A stretch of DNA of 64,000 bases from an archaeon. Lineage in GTDB: Archaea; Nanobdellota; Nanobdellia; Woesearchaeales; UBA9642. This document shows, piece after piece, positions 60,759-64,000 of this stretch (positions within the stretch are counted from its first letter, which is position 1; the number at the start of each line of letters is the position of its first letter). The DNA lies in the NCBI GenBank assembly GCA_043806035.1, contig JAZDHK010000005.1, positions 2,136-66,135 on the forward strand. Direction: 5' to 3'. The notes beneath the pieces are model-generated. The model searched no databases. It was not told where the DNA came from and saw only the letters and a program-made list of their open reading frames with translations. A program made the position numbers and the translations under genes.

Positions 60759-62195
60759 ATGGCATTGCAGTTCTTCAATACGCGGACGAGAAGCAAAGAG
60801 CCCTTCATGCCCGTCACGGACATAGTTAGATTGTACACGTGCGGTCCCACCGTCTACAATTATGCGCATCTCGGCAACTTCAGGACATACATCTTCGAAG
60901 ACTTGCTGAGAAGATATTTGGAATTCAAAGGCTACACGGTGAAACAAGTCATGAACCTCACTGATGTCGATGACAAAACCATCAAAGGCAGTCAGGCAGA
61001 ACACACGCCGCTGGCGGCGTTTACAAAAAAGTACAAGGACGCATTCTTTGCAGACATCAAGACACTGAACATCGAACCTGCAGACGTCTATCCTGAAGCG
61101 ACGATGCATGTCAAGGAAATGATTTTGCTCATCAAAGCGCTGCTCAAGAAAGGCCTAGCGTACAAGGGAGAGGATGGCAGCATCTACTTCAGCATCAAAA
61201 AATTTCCTGGCTATGGCAAGCTCAGCCACACACCTATTGAGAACCTGCAGGCAGGAGCACGGGTCAAGCAAGATGAGTATGAGAAGGAGAGCGCTGCAGA
61301 CTTTGCCTTGTGGAAGGCATGGGATGAGCAAGACGGTCCTGTCTTCTGGGAAAGTCCACTAGGAAAAGGAAGGCCTGGCTGGCACATTGAGTGCTCAGCC
61401 ATGAGCATGAAGCACCTCACCACTGTTTTCGACGATGGTTTCCATCCGGAGCGGTTCGAAACAATAGATCTGCATACAGGGGGCGTTGACAATCTCTTTC
61501 CGCATCACGAGGATGAGACGGCGCAGAGCGAAGGAGTAACCGGGAAAAGATTCGTGAACTTCTGGTTGCATGCCGAGCATCTCATCGTCGACGGCAAGAA
61601 AATGTCGAAATCACTCGGCAACTTCTACACACTACGGGACGTGCTCGCCAAAGGATATCTCCCCAAAGCAATTCGTTATTGCCTCTTGAGCACGCACTAT
61701 CGCCAACAGCTCAACTTCACCTTCGACAGCCTCGCTGCCGCCCAGACGGTCATCACCCGATTCAGGGACTTCATGCTCAAGCTGAATGAGCTCGTGAGCA
61801 AGCACCAGGATGCCGTCGATGAAAAGATAGCAGCGTACATTGCAAAAGCACGAGAAGATTTCACGATAGCGCTCGACGACGACCTCAACATCAGCGAAGG
61901 ATTGGCCGTGCTGTTCGAATTCATGCGTCTCATCAACACCCTCATGCCTGAAATGAGCGGAAGCGACGCTGCAGCAGTACTCTCATTCGTCGAGGAACTG
62001 GACACCGTGCTTGGTCTGCTTGATTTTGATGAGGAAACGCTAGACCCTGAATTGCAGGCATTAATCGAGCAGCGGGAAGATGCGCGGGCAAAGAGAGACT
62101 ACAAGAGGGCAGACCAGATCAGGAAGGCGTTGAGCGACAAGGGGATCATCCTCGAGGACACCCCGCAAGGCGTGCGCTGGAAGAAAGAGCTGTGA
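60759..62195 (+). CDS. cysS: Cysteine-tRNA ligase
   Basis: CGPTVY, HLGN, DFALWK, GRPGWHIECS, FPHHE, KMSKS. Confidence 0.98.
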   Translation: MALQFFNTRTRSKEPFMPVTDIVRLYTCGPTVYNYAHLGNFRTYIFEDLLRRYLEFKGYTVKQVMNLTDVDDKTIKGSQAEHTPLAAFTKKYKDAFFADIKTLNIEPADVYPEATMHVKEMILLIKALLKKGLAYKGEDGSIYFSIKKFPGYGKLSHTPIENLQAGARVKQDEYEKESAADFALWKAWDEQDGPVFWESPLGKGRPGWHIECSAMSMKHLTTVFDDGFHPERFETIDLHTGGVDNLFPHHEDETAQSEGVTGKRFVNFWLHAEHLIVDGKKMSKSLGNFYTLRDVLAKGYLPKAIRYCLLSTHYRQQLNFTFDSLAAAQTVITRFRDFMLKLNELVSKHQDAVDEKIAAYIAKAREDFTIALDDDLNISEGLAVLFEFMRLINTLMPEMSGSDAAAVLSFVEELDTVLGLLDFDEETLDPELQALIEQREDARAKRDYKRADQIRKALSDKGIILEDTPQGVRWKKEL

Positions 62196-62214
62196 TGCAC
62201 GCAGAGGAAACAGC

Positions 62215-64000
62215 ATGCTGACGGACAAGGAACTCAAGAAAAAATTCAAGATCGAGGCAGGCAAGGAACCGAAGAAGTATTATCCTGTTACTGTCCTGCA
62301 AGCAGAAGGTTTTGTGCGCAAGCAATGCCCGTCCTGCCAAAAATATTTTTGGACCACGACACAAAGCAAGGTGTGTGGGGATAGCGCTTGCCAGGGCAGG
62401 GTCTCTCTCGACAAGGGCAGCCCTGCAAAGAATGTCCTCTCCTTCATCCAAGTATGGGAGTTGTTCAAAGACTTCTTCAAAAAAAGAGGATACCAACCCG
62501 TGCAGAGATATCCTGTCGCGGCACGCTGGAATCCCACCATGGAATACACCATAGCAAGCATCGCAGCATTCCAGCCCCAGGTCGTATCAGGAGAGATAGA
62601 CCCTCCAGCGAAGAAACTTGTCATCCCCCAATTCTGCCTCCGCTTCGGCGATATAGATAACGTCGGCATCACCGGGAGCCACTGCACGGGATTCGTCATG
62701 ATCGGGCAGCACGCATTCCTCAGCGCAGAGGAGTGGGACCAGGCAACGTTCTTCAGGGACATCTACGAATTCCTCATGCTCGGCATAGGCTTGGAGAAGG
62801 AAGAGCTCATCATCCACGAGGACGCCTGGGCGGGCGGAGGAAATTTTGGCCCGTGCATGGAATTCTTCTCAAGAGGCGTAGAACTCTTCAACCAAGTGTA
62901 CATGATGTTCGAACACAGCGACGCAGGAGACAAGCCGCTCTCCATCAAAGTGCTCGACATGGGATTGGGCATGGAACGCACGGCGTGGTTCACGCAAGGA
63001 ACGCCAACTATCTATGATGCTATTTTCCCTACTGTGCTGGAAAAGCTCAAGGACATAACAAACATCAAGTATGATGGGGAGTTGTTCAGGAAATTCTCTC
63101 CCTATGCGTCATTGCTCAATCTCGACGAAGTCGAAGACATAGACAAGGCATGGGCGCTCGTCGCAAAAAACGTGGGCATTCCTGTTAGTGAGCTGAGAAG
63201 CAAAATACAGGAAATGGCTGCCTTGTATAGCATTGCCGAGCACACCCGCGCATTGCTTGTCGCATTTACTGATGGTGCATTGCCGAGCAATGTTGGCGGA
63301 GGCTATAACTTGCGTGTGCTCATGCGACGCGTCTTCAGCTTCATCGAACAGCACTCGTGGGATATTAACATATTAAGCATCTGCAAGCTCCACGCAGCAT
63401 ATCTCAAGCCAGTATTTCCTGAGCTCATGGACAATCTCGGAGATGTGGGCAGGATCATCGCCAGCGAGAAGAAAAAATATGATGAGAGCAAGAAGCGCAG
63501 CCTGCTCGTGCTTGAGCAAGCGATCAAAAAGCCCATAACGCAAGACGTGTTGATTGACTTGTATGACAGTCATGGCATCACGCCGAGTTCCGTACAGGAC
63601 TATGCTGCGCAGCACGACCTTGTTGTTCGTGTCCCCGATAACTTTTATGCATTGGTGCAGCAACGCCATGAGAAGCAGGAGGTCAAGACGCAGACGCACA
63701 AGGAAGAGAAGCTCCCTCTCGACAACATTCCCGCAACGCAAATCCTCTATTACGATCATTATGACTACCTGGACTTCGAAGCGACCATAACAAAAATTAT
63801 CGGAAACCATGTTATCCTCAACAGAACGGCATTCTACCCGACGAGCGGAGGGCAGTTGCATGATCTCGGGACGATCAACAAGTGCCCCGTCATTGACGTC
63901 TTCAAGCAAGGCAGTGTTATCGTGCACGTCCTCGAACAGCACGCGTTCAAAGAAGGGGACAAAGTGCAAGGAAGGATTGATTTCGAGAGACGGCTGCAGC
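62215..64000 (+). CDS. alaS: Alanine-tRNA ligase (archaeal type), truncated by window edge
   Basis: MLTDKELKKKF...CPSCQKYFW, YPVAARW, TIASIAAFQP, DMGLGMER, LPSNVGGGYNLR, FYPTSGGQLHD. Confidence 0.95.
   Translation, partial: MLTDKELKKKFKIEAGKEPKKYYPVTVLQAEGFVRKQCPSCQKYFWTTTQSKVCGDSACQGRVSLDKGSPAKNVLSFIQVWELFKDFFKKRGYQPVQRYPVAARWNPTMEYTIASIAAFQPQVVSGEIDPPAKKLVIPQFCLRFGDIDNVGITGSHCTGFVMIGQHAFLSAEEWDQATFFRDIYEFLMLGIGLEKEELIIHEDAWAGGGNFGPCMEFFSRGVELFNQVYMMFEHSDAGDKPLSIKVLDMGLGMERTAWFTQGTPTIYDAIFPTVLEKLKDITNIKYDGELFRKFSPYASLLNLDEVEDIDKAWALVAKNVGIPVSELRSKIQEMAALYSIAEHTRALLVAFTDGALPSNVGGGYNLRVLMRRVFSFIEQHSWDINILSICKLHAAYLKPVFPELMDNLGDVGRIIASEKKKYDESKKRSLLVLEQAIKKPITQDVLIDLYDSHGITPSSVQDYAAQHDLVVRVPDNFYALVQQRHEKQEVKTQTHKEEKLPLDNIPATQILYYDHYDYLDFEATITKIIGNHVILNRTAFYPTSGGQLHDLGTINKCPVIDVFKQGSVIVHVLEQHAFKEGDKVQGRIDFERRLQ

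Overview
Archaeal chromosomal window, most likely DPANN and probably Woesearchaeota. This is inferred from the archaeal information-processing genes (eIF5A, RPL40e, TFS, NMD3, Hel308, HerA/Mre11, archaeal AlaRS), TATA-box promoters with mostly leaderless starts, intron-containing tRNAs, and bacterial-type ispE/tgt/guaA/purA/mtnA. The first 18 kb is one minus-strand ORF of at least 5,988 codons that runs off the left edge, which is why the ORF track misses it. It encodes a membrane-anchored giant surface protein with RCC1 propellers, five LamG domains and beta-helices. A small HTH gene precedes it, and three palindromic operator-like sites lie upstream. The rest of the window holds four tRNA genes (three with introns), a Hel308 lacking its first RecA domain and carrying a 511-aa intein, and an AsnB-Dph6 fusion. 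It also has a group 3b [NiFe]-hydrogenase operon with a protease, an EamA transporter, a DUF6390-like protein ending in a HypC-like motif, and hypA/hypC, but no hypB/D/E/F in the window. A frameshifted free-standing LAGLIDADG gene has its stop codon inside a tRNA-Leu intron. Two ~119-nt structured intergenic elements, a Nudix pseudogene, housekeeping genes and a truncated alaS complete the window. All family calls are by motif recognition only; no searches were run.
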